A stretch of 64,000 nt of DNA from Daphnia carinata (Eukaryota), in assembly GCF_022539665.2 (NCBI RefSeq), contig NC_081333.1, positions 1,178,001-1,242,000 of the forward strand, in the 5' to 3' direction. A program made the translations under genes and the position numbers. Positions 50,951-64,000 of the stretch are shown piece after piece. Numbering within the stretch: position 1 is the first letter of the stretch; every line of letters begins with the position of its first letter. Below the pieces are notes generated by a model that was not told the origin of the DNA, made no database searches, and saw only the letters and a list, made by a program, of their open reading frames with translations.

Positions 50951-52650
50951 CTTCTATATTATTTTTTTAAATAACACTAAAACCAATTCGTTGACAGCAA
51001 ATCTGACCTGAAATTTGAAATCAGCATTGAAATTGCATTAAAATCAGTAAATTTTATCGAATTCTGAGACATGTCCAAAATTCATGTTTTTTGAAAAATA
51101 GCAAAGGCTATAGCCTTCCCACTTTTACGATTTTTGGCCAAATCCGAGCATATACTGAAAACACTTTATTCCCATCCAAAATTGAATGCAGATTACGAAT
51201 ATCAAGTTTATTTTGATGTGTGCTTTGCCGTTTTTGCTCTCGGAAGCAATTAAGGAAAATAAACTTCGTCAAAGCTTATTTTGTTTTTAAATAATGCTAA
51301 AACCAAACACGTAGCCCCAAATATGACCCGAAATTCAAGACCACAGGACAAATTTAATCAAAATCGCTTAGTTTTTATCGAATTCTGAAACACGTCCAAA
51401 TCTCGTGTTTTTTGAAAAACAGCAAAGGGTATAGCCTTCCCACTTTTGCGGTTTTTGACCAAATCCGACCATCTGCTAAAAACCAGTGATTCTCATTCAA
51501 AATTGAACGAGGATTGACAAAATCTGGTCTGTTTTGACGTGAGGCTTGTAGTTTTGTTACGACAGCAAATGAGTACAATCGACTTATTCGAGAAAGTTTC
51601 ATTTTTGAATATAATGTAAGAACTAATCACCTGACGCAAAACATGATTAAAAATCTGAGAAATCTGATTTATTCCCATTGAAAATTGAACGGTGAAACAA
51701 ACCGAAACAAAACTGGTTTGTTTTCGGTTTGAATCTGTAGTTCCAATATTTGACAGAATGCTAGCGCGCCAGTACGCTATAGCGCTATGCAGCAGAAATA
51801 GCCGGCGTATTTCCCAAATGGTTGACTTAATGAAAAAATAGTAATTTTCTCGGAATCAGCATTCAAATATATCCTTGATATTCAACCAGTTCCGGTGAGT
51901 GCCAATTTTTGGAGGAAAAATTTTTAAGCCCGACTATATGAAAAAAGTCGGGCTTAAAGAAGCCCGACTTTTTTTATTTTTTCGTTTTTTACGTTTAATC
52001 AAAAAACCATAAGGCCCATTGGAAAATAAATTTGATTTCCGTGATCAGCATTCAATTCTGAATCGAAATCATGTATTTTAAGCGAAATTTAAAATTTAGC
52101 CAAAAATGAAAAAGTGAGAAGGCTATAGCCTTCTCACTTTTGTCAAAATCGGCCAAAAACGAAATCTCACAGAATTGGATGAAACTCGTACCGTATAATC
52201 AAAATTTAACGGTGATTTCGATTTTGTGATTGGTATTGTCGCTAAGCCACCCGTTTTTTAAATAAATGAAAAAAAATGCTGTTACTTGTTAGCGCACCCT
52301 CTGTTTTTTACGTATATTTCGAAAACCATATAGCCAATGCAAAAATAAACTTGATTTTCATGATTTCTATTCAATTTTGAATCGAAATCATGTATTTTAA
52401 GTGAAATTAAAATTTTGGCCAAAAATGAAAAAGTGAGAAGGCTATAGCCTTCCCACTTTTGTCAAAATCGGCCAAAAATGACATCTCTTGGAATTCGATG
52501 AAAATCCCACAGTATAATGAAAATCTAACGCTGATTCAGAAAAAGCCACTCGTATTCTTGTCCAGTTAGCCGTTTTTGAGTACACCAAATATTCGTTCAA
52601 AAAAAAAGAAAAGTTGGGCTTATTATTTAGTCGGGCTTAAAAATTTTTCT
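50950..52650. mobile_element. Larger copy of the ~320-bp-period repeat; its right part (~51915-52650) is a MITE-like unit with terminal inverted repeats
   Basis: Core palindromes at ~51104, ~51426, ~52119 and ~52438. The left end GAAAAATTTTTAAGCCCGACTA is mirrored by TAGTCGGGCTTAAAAATTTTTC at ~52628-52649. There is no transposase ORF. Confidence 0.7.
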
Positions 52651-54422
52651 TGTAAGAGCTTGAGCTACGCATTTTATGCTTCATAGATGGCGTTACGGCT
52701 GTTCGTTGCCAAGCGCCAGTACGCTCCGATAGTAGTAACGCTTGCAAAACCACTTGAGTTAGGCATATTAACCTCCAGAGATGGCGTTGCTAAACACCAG
52801 TACGCTCCGGTACATATGGTCCGTCAGTGTGCTCTGGTAAATTGAGATCTTCTTAATAGTTAGGTGCTATTTAACGTGTTCTGGTACGCTTCATGGTATA
52901 AATGATACTGTATCACTATATTTGTTGAGCGCTTGAGTACGGCCGCGTAGCACAAAGTGTCCCCTTTCGTGGTATTTTCCGTTCCTTGCCAGTAACCAAA
53001 CTGGCCGGTAGTGAGATGGACACGTATCTGGTAGTCAGATGTGTGGCACCTTAAACTAGTTCGTTCTTAATTTCTTTTTATGTGTATGTGTGCGTGGGTG
53101 GAATTGCAGACAATCTAAGTTGCAACTACAACTGACCACACACATAGTCTTTCGATACGAAGCTCAGTATACTACAGATAAAGATAGCTGGTGCACTCGA
53201 GACAAGTCGAGTAATCCTTCCTTTCCTGCTCAGTAATGTCCTCCTGGCCAGGCATGTAGCTTAAAAATATCTAACGTGACTATCACATGAATCCTCCTCA
53301 TCCATTCGACGCGATTCCAAGAAATTTGATAGCGCTGGGATAATTGATAAAAATCTTAATTGATTTTTACATACTATGCTAAGAGGCATTGCTCTTGGAC
53401 TGGCATCAACCTTCACCAAGCTATGGATTTTGAATTACAAAAAAACACAGTAGCAAAACAACGTGTCAAACAATAGTACGGAAACAAAACAAATTAGCGT
53501 AATCAAACACATAAATGAGTATGGCAACAAGAATTACACGTAGCCTGTACTTTGTATTCAAAGGTCACGGTCGATTTCTCTTGTCCTTCAATTACGCGCA
53601 TTCGTCCACAATTGAACCATCATTAGACGAACGATCACTTACTGAAGGACGGAGGGACACCACAAATTATAAAAAGCAAAAACGAGGACGATCAGAAAAA
53701 GTGGCAAAAAGAATATCATAATATACAAAAGAGGGGGGGGTCATCAGGATGGCAACCTAAACAGTTAATGCTTTCGAATTTCTTACACAAATTGAAATAG
53801 AAAATGAAGAAGCAAACAAAAACATGTCATGTCATGTCCCATGGGCAAGAAAATAATTAGAAACATAAATCGTGATAATACACCCGATGAGTGGACTAGT
53901 CTCAACCCACCAGTGTAGCGATTTTTTTTTCAATAGTCTCATCTGACACGGCATATTAGCGCTCTAATCATATAAACAAGAAACAGTTCTGGCAATCACA
54001 CTGGAAAAGATTTCCCCTCTACGCTCAAAATACACCCACATTCATACATTCGCCCACTTTCAAATTGTTTTGACAAAGACCAGAGATACAACAGACCAAG
54101 AGAAAGAAACTAAAACCAAACAGAGAAATGTCTTTACAATTGTTTTTTAATGGCGGAGCTTCCTGTTTTAACTTGCTTTCGTCTGGTCTGCTCTTGAGGA
54201 AAGGCGATGGCAAGTTTGAGATGAGAGACCAACGGTTTGTATTGTCCTTTTTCTTTCCTTCCATATTTATATCTCTAGTTCATTTGCTTGTTTTTTTTTT
54301 TGTCCGTGAGCGATTTTTTTTTCTTTCCGAGTTCTTTTTTGGCTGAGGCGACGAAGAATCTAGTTTCATTCACACACACTGGTGGGATCGATAGGATCGA
54401 GTGGTAACCACATTTTCTCGCA

Positions 54423-57400
54423 TTACACTGATATCTCATAGTTCACTTCGTAGACACTGGATGTCGGAGCCTGGCTACGAGACTGCTTAGCCGATGGCGG
54501 GCCCACCATATCTTGCTGGCCGTTTTCCATCATCCGATACGCTGTGCTCATAGGCATCGGCCGATTGTTGACGTGTGCTGTCGGGGAATAGACCCCTGGT
54601 CGGGCCGGCGAAGAGTACAACGCCTCGTGGTACGTGTCTGGTGAGCGACGATCTTTACCGAAAAGGAAAATACACGTCAGCTTCTTTCGCAACTCTGAAA
54701 TGGTTAACCATAACTGTGCCAGTATCGATCGAACCTGTCATAGGCATCGAATAGTTCATGACGCCGTCATCTCCTCGGTGATAAGACGACAACAACTCGC
54801 CCTCCGAATTGACTCGTCTTTGAGCTGCTGGCTGTTGAAGCCGTGAGTTGTAGCCGGAGGAGCTGTAGTCATAGGTTGGCGATCCACCACCGATACCCGG
54901 ATCGACCCGGTAGTCATTATTTCCATGTTCCGGGGCGTAGCCTGCTGCCGTAACAGACCTCTGTCGGCTAAACGAGAAATAATTCAAAAGATAGGGTTCA
55001 ATGATGAGCTTAACGGCATAGATGGAAGTAATGTTGTTTTAGCCCACCTGTAATCGGCGTAGACGCCGCGAGGCGGGACAGCGAACGGAGTAGGGACGCC
55101 GCCAATGGCGCGCAAGCGCTGTTGCAAGTTTGCCCTGCAATTGATCAAAAAACAAGAAAAGACAATTTATTGGATAGTCAAAGCGAATGTAAGGCTTCGC
55201 AGATATTCGAGATGTAACGAAGTCAGACATAATCAAATATCTCTGCATAGCAACTCATACGAGAAAGAAAGGTAAGCACCTACCCAGCATTGGAAGTATG
55301 TTGAACGTCGTGAATCGATTGAGGGCGGGCAAAATTTGTCCCCATTACGGCCGCATCGGCGTTCAACAGATCATCGGGTGTGTGAGATCTCGATCTCTGG
55401 CCGTCCCCTCCTCGATTGGCTCTAAAAGGGTGGGGCGATCCGCGAACGTTGGGCCCACGGAGAGTTTGCACTGTGGTCATCCGGCGTGGAGAAGAATTGT
55501 CCGTCATGTCGGACTGCAAATCTCCCCCGGGTCGCATTCCGTAGCTCGAGTTGGCCGGTACAATAAAGAAATTCGATTTGGAGCCTCCTCTCTGAAACAA
55601 GACCGGAGCCGGTGATGGTTAAGATTGTTTGAATTCTAAAGAATCAATATTTTACCTGGAGAGCTGGAGGTGAAGCTTCGCAATCCACTGATTGGCTGCC
55701 AGCGCCAGCGTAGAATTCAGTCAACTCCATTTCATCATCCATCTCGTCAGCAATCCCGTTTCTCGTTTCCAGCATGCTGATGGCAGCCGGTCTTGAGGGT
55801 GACAACTGCAACTACGCGGGGGCGACAAATACAGTGTGTGAAAAAAAGCAAACATACAAACAAAACAAACAAAGCAAACAAACAAGGCAAATAACGCAAT
55901 GTCATCGTTAGTCTTTAGCATCTGGAATGCGGAGCACGACAAGATGAGGAAACGGCTTGCAAATAGACACGAAAGCATTCATTATGAAGTATCGATCGAT
56001 CGGCTTCAATCAGTGAAGGCACAGGGTGCCTATTATTACAAAATTTCTTCTCTAATGCCACATTCTAATCACGGACCTTTTAGGAAGGCTGGTGATTTTT
56101 TTAAAGCCTGTTTTTTCTTTACTATCATCGGCCAAAGGACAGGAGTTTTAAGTGCGGATTCAGCTATCGATTCTTCAAGCTCACTTGATTTTTCATTCCT
56201 CTTTTCTCGCTTTCCGCTCTTTCCACGAAAGATGCCATACACGGTTGGTTTATTTCCATCTTTGAGCAAACTCGGTCGGCTTGGCGAAGCCTCTGAAGTT
56301 GACTCGAACCTCCCTTTGCTCTTTACATTTATTATTATTCAAGTAGAAGGTGTACGTCCACAATACTCCGATTCTTGAAACGGCTTTTCAATGTCTACAT
56401 ACACATAGGATAACGTAGCTGTACTAAGGGTTGTGAAAACGGTTGCACGGGAGCAGAAAGGGATGAAGCGCTCCAGGAAATAATGCTGTTTGACGGGACT
56501 AGACGGGCGGGTACAGTCAGTAGACCCTCGACGGTCAACGTCATGCGAGACTGATTTTTCCTTTATTTTCTTCTGCATTTCCAAACGAGTGAGTCGCAAA
56601 GGAACAAACGGCAGCCGAAAAACGGTGAAAGAAGAACCCCAAAAAACAAAACAAAGGAGCATGAACGCTAAACGGTGCATCTGGAAACTCTAGTATTTAA
56701 ACTCGCACACCATGAATTATTATAGACGTCACATGGTTTTTATTCTGTTGCTGATACGGAGGGTAAAGATTATGTAGCCAGTCAATACAGACGTTTGCAA
56801 GGGAGGTCGTTCGAGAACGTAATCTCCTTTCCCCATGCAGGCAATTGATCGCCCAAGTCAACGAATCGATCCGATGCTTGCAACCAGAATAACGAAACTC
56901 GGACGACCCAAAAAGGACTATCTACTCAAACTACTACGCTACCCAACGTTATCCGCAGACAAGGAACAAAATAACCAAACGCGAATATAAATCAGGAACT
57001 TGGGGTGCGAAAAAGAAATCGCGCGTTAGCAATATCATTAAAGCATTTACGTTGAACAAGGACTTCAATCTCTCAATCGAAGGAGGACTTTTAATAAAAA
57101 CTCGTCCGATGAGTTACCAATGTCGGCGTAAGAATGTCAAGGGAATTACAAGAATACATGACATCTGAGAGATATTTTCTCGGTAAGAATATCCGGGTTG
57201 TCGAAAAAACCGCTCAATAAGGACAGAAATATTTAAAAAGATAAATAAGTAATAGGTTTCAAAAATGTCAATATACTTTGTTGTAGGTAACTCCAGGTCC
57301 TGTTCCGTTGCCCTTGGCGTGTCCTCCAGAGTTGAGATACACCTTAACTTGATCGGGGGATACGTCGACATTGTGGATGTTGTTAGTAGCCGAGCTGAAC

Positions 57401-59662
57401 GTGTAGCGGTGTGGCTTTCGACCCACGTAGCGCGTCGGTTGAGCCAAACTATGAGGCGTTAGTCAAAACACATAAAAGAAAGAAAAAAACGCGTGTGAAA
57501 GTGCGAGCCAAAAACAACATACACAAACGTTCTAGGTTTTCGTTCGCTTGTTATGATTAACACAAATACCTGGCGAACTGCGGACCACACAGCGCGTAGC
57601 AGCAGTTGGCGCCACATCCTCTCGAGAAGGGATTGAAGCCGCCTCGGAACTTGCCCGTCACCTGGAGACACAATGGGGGGTTTAGAAAAATTGGCAACTT
57701 GAGATCGATGTTACACGAGCCGAATAGCAAAGAAATCAATAAAAGATAAACCTGTTCATTGGTCGTCCTTCCTCTGGCAACGAGGACCACGTGGAAACCG
57801 GCGAGCCCAAAAACGGGCACGGAGAGGATGCCCACGAGTGTAACGAGGCAAAGTGAGACGACAGTGGGTACCTGGGTGAGACTGTCCTTGTGCTGTATCA
57901 AGTAGTAAGTCGAGAAGCTAAAGACGGCTGCCATGTGCAACGACAATGAAATGAGGAATAGGAAAAAGTAGCGGTAATTGCGACGACCGATGCAATTGTT
58001 GACCCACGGGCAGTGATGATCAAATGTCTAGAATAAGTTCGATCTATTAATAATATTCTTTCCGTAAAGATTGTATATCGACTTTCTTACCTCAACACAC
58101 TTATTACAAACGGAGCAGTGAGAGCACCGGGGCGGCCGATAAAACTGGCAAGTGACGCACCACTTCATCCGCACTGTCACTCCATTAATGTCCACGTTCT
58201 TGTAGAGCGGAGCGCGTGAATCGTCATCTTTATCCTCATGTGGAGATGCTAGTATTTTCAATAAATAAATACAAAAAATCTAAGAGATTAGGCAACATTC
58301 AACCAAACTGTATTTCGTATTGAACTTCTAAGGGCTGTTGCCTCACGCATATCTAGAGCACAGATAACCCAACCCAATAATTGGTCAGATGCAGCGTGCT
58401 ACGTATGTCCCGTGGTATGCCGAGAATCCTGGTGATTTTCTACATGCGAAACTACCAGTATCCATTCCTAGTCTCAATGGTAGCGAATCCACCTCACTCA
58501 CGACTCTCTAAACTTGTTCCTCGCCGCACGATAGATTTTTTGTCTAAACCTTTTCACGCTACCTAATCTGATGGATGGGCAACTACTTTCGATGATGCGG
58601 AAAGTGAAAAACAATAATATCCCGTTTTGTTTTATCCAGCACGATCTCCTTTCCTATATTGTTGATATTGATGAATGCTTTCTAATGACTTTGAAAGAGC
58701 CTTTACTTGTTTTATATTCCCTATCTGAGAGCAAACGTTTAAAGCCATTTACGAACAATAAATAAATCACTGTACAGGTCGTGGGTAAATTTTTCAGTAA
58801 ATCTCACCATCGCATTGTTTGTGTCAAACTAAGAAGATCGGTCAACAGTTAGTACTTGCGTTCCTTTACCATACCGTCTATCTTAATTGTGGCAATGACC
58901 CGACGTAAACGCAGGGAAAACTTTGTGGGGCATGCTTTACGTATGTCATGCTCATTTCAACATTCGCCCTGAAAACAGAATTAGCACATCTTCCTGAATC
59001 TAGGAACGCCCACTCGTATTTTGAGGAAACGTTTGCATCACGCCTTTTCAACCATTAGCATACCAACAAGGGACCTACTTTTTGTGATTTACATTCAGCT
59101 GATTTTTTCCCTAATAACATAAATCAACCAATGCAATGGTGCTTAACATCTACCACACCAAATTTGTTGCTTTCAGTACAAAGCATGACCGTGAAAATGT
59201 ACAAAGGTAAGGCTAAATGATATGCAATGAGAGAATAAAGTCTATGTTAAAATCAATTTAGCTAGTCCTCAGTTCACAATGTGCACTTGTTGGTACAGTG
59301 CTGTGGTACGGAACATCTGCTAATGTTACAGTTTTACTTAAGACTAAACTACACAACAAACTGTTTTTTCTTACCTTTAGGAATTACTCCTGCATCCATA
59401 AATGTTGCCAGACTGAAGTTGGCTATTACAAAGAGAGTCACCACAGCTTCGCATAGTGGAATGAGTATCGAGACTTTCTCGTAAAACCACATACATCTGT
59501 GAAGTGAAGAGAGCAAGCAATGAAACCGTTGCCAACATAACACGAATTAACAGTTGAGGAATATGGTACTTACGGAAAATAAAAGAAAAGAGCTGTCGTA
59601 ATTAATAAGATTGCCCAGGCGAAGAATGCTGGAAGCACCTTGGTGCCCTTACATCGAACCAT
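54423..59662 (-). CDS. ZDHHC8: Palmitoyltransferase ZDHHC5/8 ortholog, ~640 aa, 11 exons
   Basis: Exons: 59662-59574, 59496-59375, 58248-58091 ([28 protein letters not shown]), 58027-57752 ([21 protein letters not shown]...RGRTTNEQ), 57661-57570 ([16 protein letters not shown]), 57448-57277, 55811-55656, 55591-55284, 55134-55048, 54967-54735 and 54652-54423. It ends in the ZDHHC5/8 PDZ ligand YEISV. The C-tail exon borders are less certain. Confidence 0.93.
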
Positions 59663-60988
59663 ATTTGCTGATCAAACCCTTCCCATTCAATAGATTCGAC
59701 CGGTAAAAACATTCAACGTCTGGTAAAACCTAACCAACATGTAGCCAGAGTTCCCCAAACTTTTAGTTACGAGCATTTCGGACTTCACAACGTTTTTCAC
59801 GGGACGTAAACGGCATAAACGATTTTACTTTAAAGCTTTAGATCTTACTTCTCAGCGATACAGCCGTCACTACTCGCTGCAAGTCTCAGCTCGCGTTTGT
59901 TATGATTAGGGTACACGCAAGCCGCTAGATGACGTCTGCGATAATGGTTCTTTTTTTTGTGAGTGGGTGGGGCGAGAAGGGAGGGAGGGTGGAAGGGATT
60001 TAAGCTTTAAGGATCTGCAAAATCGGTAGTTGGATCTGACAAAAAATTCATATTGTAAATGTTTGTCGTCAAAGTGAACTATTATATTAGGGAAAACTTT
60101 ATTCCTTTTAGGTTCATGTTAACTACTCTTGTTTGTTTTTAATTCGGAATACAGCTTGAAACACACAGCTAGCACGTGTTCGGTCTGTACTCTACTGGTT
60201 TAAAAACGACCAATTGATATTAAATAATGAACCGAGGGGTGAAATTTATCCGCGAGTCTCACTACTACGACAACATTTAGAAGAAGTGTAACGAACATTG
60301 GACAGTGAATAGCGCGGTGCTACAAGGATAGAATCAGGGTTGTCTTGTATCAGTCTGAGGGCACAAAAGATATTCTTAAGTCACAAATACTGCTCTTCTG
60401 TTATGTGAGAACCATAAGAAAATGTGTACTATTATATAGCATACTGGTTCTATTGTCTGCTTACAGTGTCAAACGGTGTCTTCAACTCTTTAATCCCATT
60501 GTCTCCTTAAACAAAACGCTGGCGTATGTAAACAAAAACGGTCAATCTACGGATCGCCATTCTCACACCATACAGAAACATAGTTCGGACAAAAGAATTT
60601 TAGGGCGAAATGCCATGTTGGTGAAGTCTGTATTAGTTCTGAAACTCGGATAAATCTAGACTATTGAATACTGTTGCCGTTGGAATGCATCACAGTCAAG
60701 GAAAATGAATCTGTTTACAACCTGTAAAAGAATATCATTACGAACTTGGATCTAAATCGACAGTGGTTTGTTTGCTTGAAAAGTTACAGAAGACGCAGGG
60801 ACGATTAACTGACCCAAATGAAAGATCAGCTTGGCACAACGTCGAACAATACGAGATTCACGAGAGCAGGAGAAAAGAAAAGGGGACGAAGAATCAACAT
60901 CTTCGAGGAAGTGAGCATGTCGACAGCAATAAAAAGAGTCCGTGAAAGCTTATCGACACGATTTTCGGTCCTTATAATTAACTATGCT

Positions 60989-62046
<1,058 letters not shown>

Positions 62047-62604
62047 TTGGAAAACAATTGATTTGACGTCTGGAACGTGAGCAGCATCTTACGAGCATTT
62101 TTAACACTGAAATCCCTCTACTGGTGGGAAGAGGGTTTCACCAGGAAACCAACAGAATCGCTTAAAAACAACAATGACCTAACAAGAAAGATTACAGAAT
62201 CATGAATTGCATTTCAACAAAGTAAATACTGTTAGAGTTTTTAAAACAAGCTCATTACAATATAAAGCATACTCTAACACTTTTCTTGATGACCAAATTA
62301 GCCATCTACATTTGCACCTGAAACGTGTTAATTTCTTTTTCACGGTCTGGTAATATGATCTTCATGGAGATAACAGGATTTTTTTTTTTGCTATGCAATG
62401 TCTTCTGTACACCTTCTACTGCGCCTGACCTAGGCTCGCAGTCGTAAATCCCATGTTTGTTATTCCCAGCCGACAGTGAAATAATAATCATCGTCCCTTA
62501 CAGTCACACTGGCCTTTGCAGGTTGTAGCCGACGTCGGGGCCGTGGTGACACGAAAATTCGGTTTCAGAAGCTTTGAAAATATCAAAATATATCCGTATC
62601 AGGA

Positions 62605-63126
62605 ATGGCGTCTACTCATCAACTTAATCGCACCTTGGACGTCTCTGGAACGCATCGTTACATGTTCTTTACCAGGTAATGGTTACTCAGTATCCATCAA
62701 GCATACAAGCCATCTCAGTTTAAGTAAGATAATCTCTAGAAGTGATCTGTTTTGCGGGTGTAGCCGGCAATTCAGAATTTCCAACCACACGTAATGCATT
62801 AACATTAAGAAGTTAGTTCCGCGCCACTTATTACGCGATTAACCACTTTGCCCACATTTGTTTCTCTCTATGGACAACATGCCTGGATACACGCATACCG
62901 GGGGTACTCATCAGTTCAACGGGAGTAAACAGGACGAAGAAAGGTCGTCTGTTATTTTCCAGGCGGAATGTTGGACGATCATCGACCATCGTCGGCAATT
63001 GCAGAACACAAGCTAACAGCGACACGACAGAATCCGATTCTTCTGCTGTCTTCCTCACAACGTCGACTCAGACGGATATGCGAGACTCGGAAATTCAAAC
63101 TGATCCGTGGTGGCATCGATCGGAAG
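62605..63126 (+). CDS. Partial model of a divergent CFAP91/MAATS1-like gene (probably continues to the right)
   Basis: Exon 62605-62675 (MASTHQLNRTLDVSGTHRYMFFTR, GTAATG donor) splices in phase 2 to 62963-63126 (...STQTDMRDSEIQTDPWW). These resemble the CFAP91 motifs VSGxxRYKYFxRP and TQTDYRDxxxQTDPY as I recall them. Downstream exons are unresolved. Confidence 0.45.
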
Positions 63127-64000
63127 GTACACGGTAAAATCCGATTCCCTTGTCATCGTACACAGTATGTTAGTAGCCTTCGTTCCTTCTGGAAAACGGT
63201 ACACCATAGCGTGACCGGATGCGCGGCCTTGTAAAAAAAACTTGAAAGTTTGTCTGACAGTGGACGTCAAAGCTAAAAGACCCTTTCAATCAACGCACCG
63301 GTTAGCAGTGTGTAGCCCCGCTTGCTGGGACTTAATGGCGTCAACTACGTTCACCGTTAACGGACCCTACCTTAACGTTTCAACTGGATAGCTAGGAGGC
63401 CAGCAACATTCCGTTGTTGGATCAATATTATTGTATAGTAGACAATGAAGCCTCTTTTATTGTTTGTGTTGTTGGACTTGATGGCAGGTGTGCCGCTTCT
63501 TTGCTGCCGTGGATCGCACCGGAAGCTAGAAAGGGCGAAATGGAATGCACGGGTCTATCTTGGACCATTTGAACAACAACAAGAGGAAGATCAAGATGTT
63601 ATACAACAAGAAAGTTTGCCGGAAATGCAAGATAGCGACGCCAGTGTTGGCACGCGAACCCCTGACACGACCCTCGTTAAACAAGTACGTACATTATACA
63701 CAAAACCAATACCGACAGTTGATGCTGCACATGCAAACCATAACGAAGTTTGCGAAGGTTTCGTTTTCGTGCCAAACCCGTGCCAATGTGTAATTGTCCT
63801 CACATTGTATTACCTGGCTCCCATAAGCACTGCGTTAGACAGCGCCCATTTACCCTTTTAGGAGAAGTATCACCAAAACTTGAGCTTGTAAAGATCAACC
63901 GTTCCATGCACAACAAAAATAGCATCGACATTTTGAACGAGCCTGTAGCTACATGTCGACTGCTTGTAACATTACATTTACGTAATTAACTATAAAATTT

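Noticed and set aside
46960..52650. Regularly spaced palindromic repeats considered as a CRISPR-like array
   Set aside because: The context is eukaryotic, the 'spacers' are homologous to each other and ~300 bp long, and there are no cas genes.
55899..56378. 159-aa + strand ORF inside a ZDHHC intron
   Set aside because: It has no domain features and is the antisense of a purine-rich intronic or UTR-like stretch.
63445..63861. Independent secreted protein (MKPLLLFVLL...)
   Set aside because: The hydrophobic start is a T-rich tract ending in a CAG acceptor-like site, so it is more likely an intron plus internal exon of the upstream + strand gene. This remains unresolved.

Overview
Eukaryotic, intron-containing, AT-rich arthropod genomic DNA. 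Short GT-AG introns, the gene set and the repeat style suggest a branchiopod crustacean such as Daphnia (inference). I rebuilt spliced gene models by hand from splice signals and frame continuity. They are: a vasopressin/oxytocin (inotocin)-type GPCR (-, 3 exons, 5.2 kb intron), RTF2 (-), a Connectin-like LRR/GPI cell-adhesion gene (+) inside ~26 kb of non-coding DNA, a stand-alone MATH-domain gene (-), two tandem SINA/Siah-like RING genes lacking the substrate-binding domain (+), a 9-exon M14A carboxypeptidase (-), ZDHHC5/8 (-, 11 exons), ZC4H2 (-), and a probable divergent CFAP91-like gene (+) at the right edge. Repeats include a solo-LTR-like element carrying a tRNA-like segment, a ~320-bp-period repeat/MITE family, a dispersed ~200-bp element, a 66-bp tandem repeat and microsatellites. 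The most notable items are the MATH-only plus RING-only cluster, a duplicated carboxypeptidase exon+intron block with a 53-bp micro-inversion, Lys at carboxypeptidase specificity position 255, and the CFAP91-like motifs. No databases were searched; all family calls come from remembered motifs.
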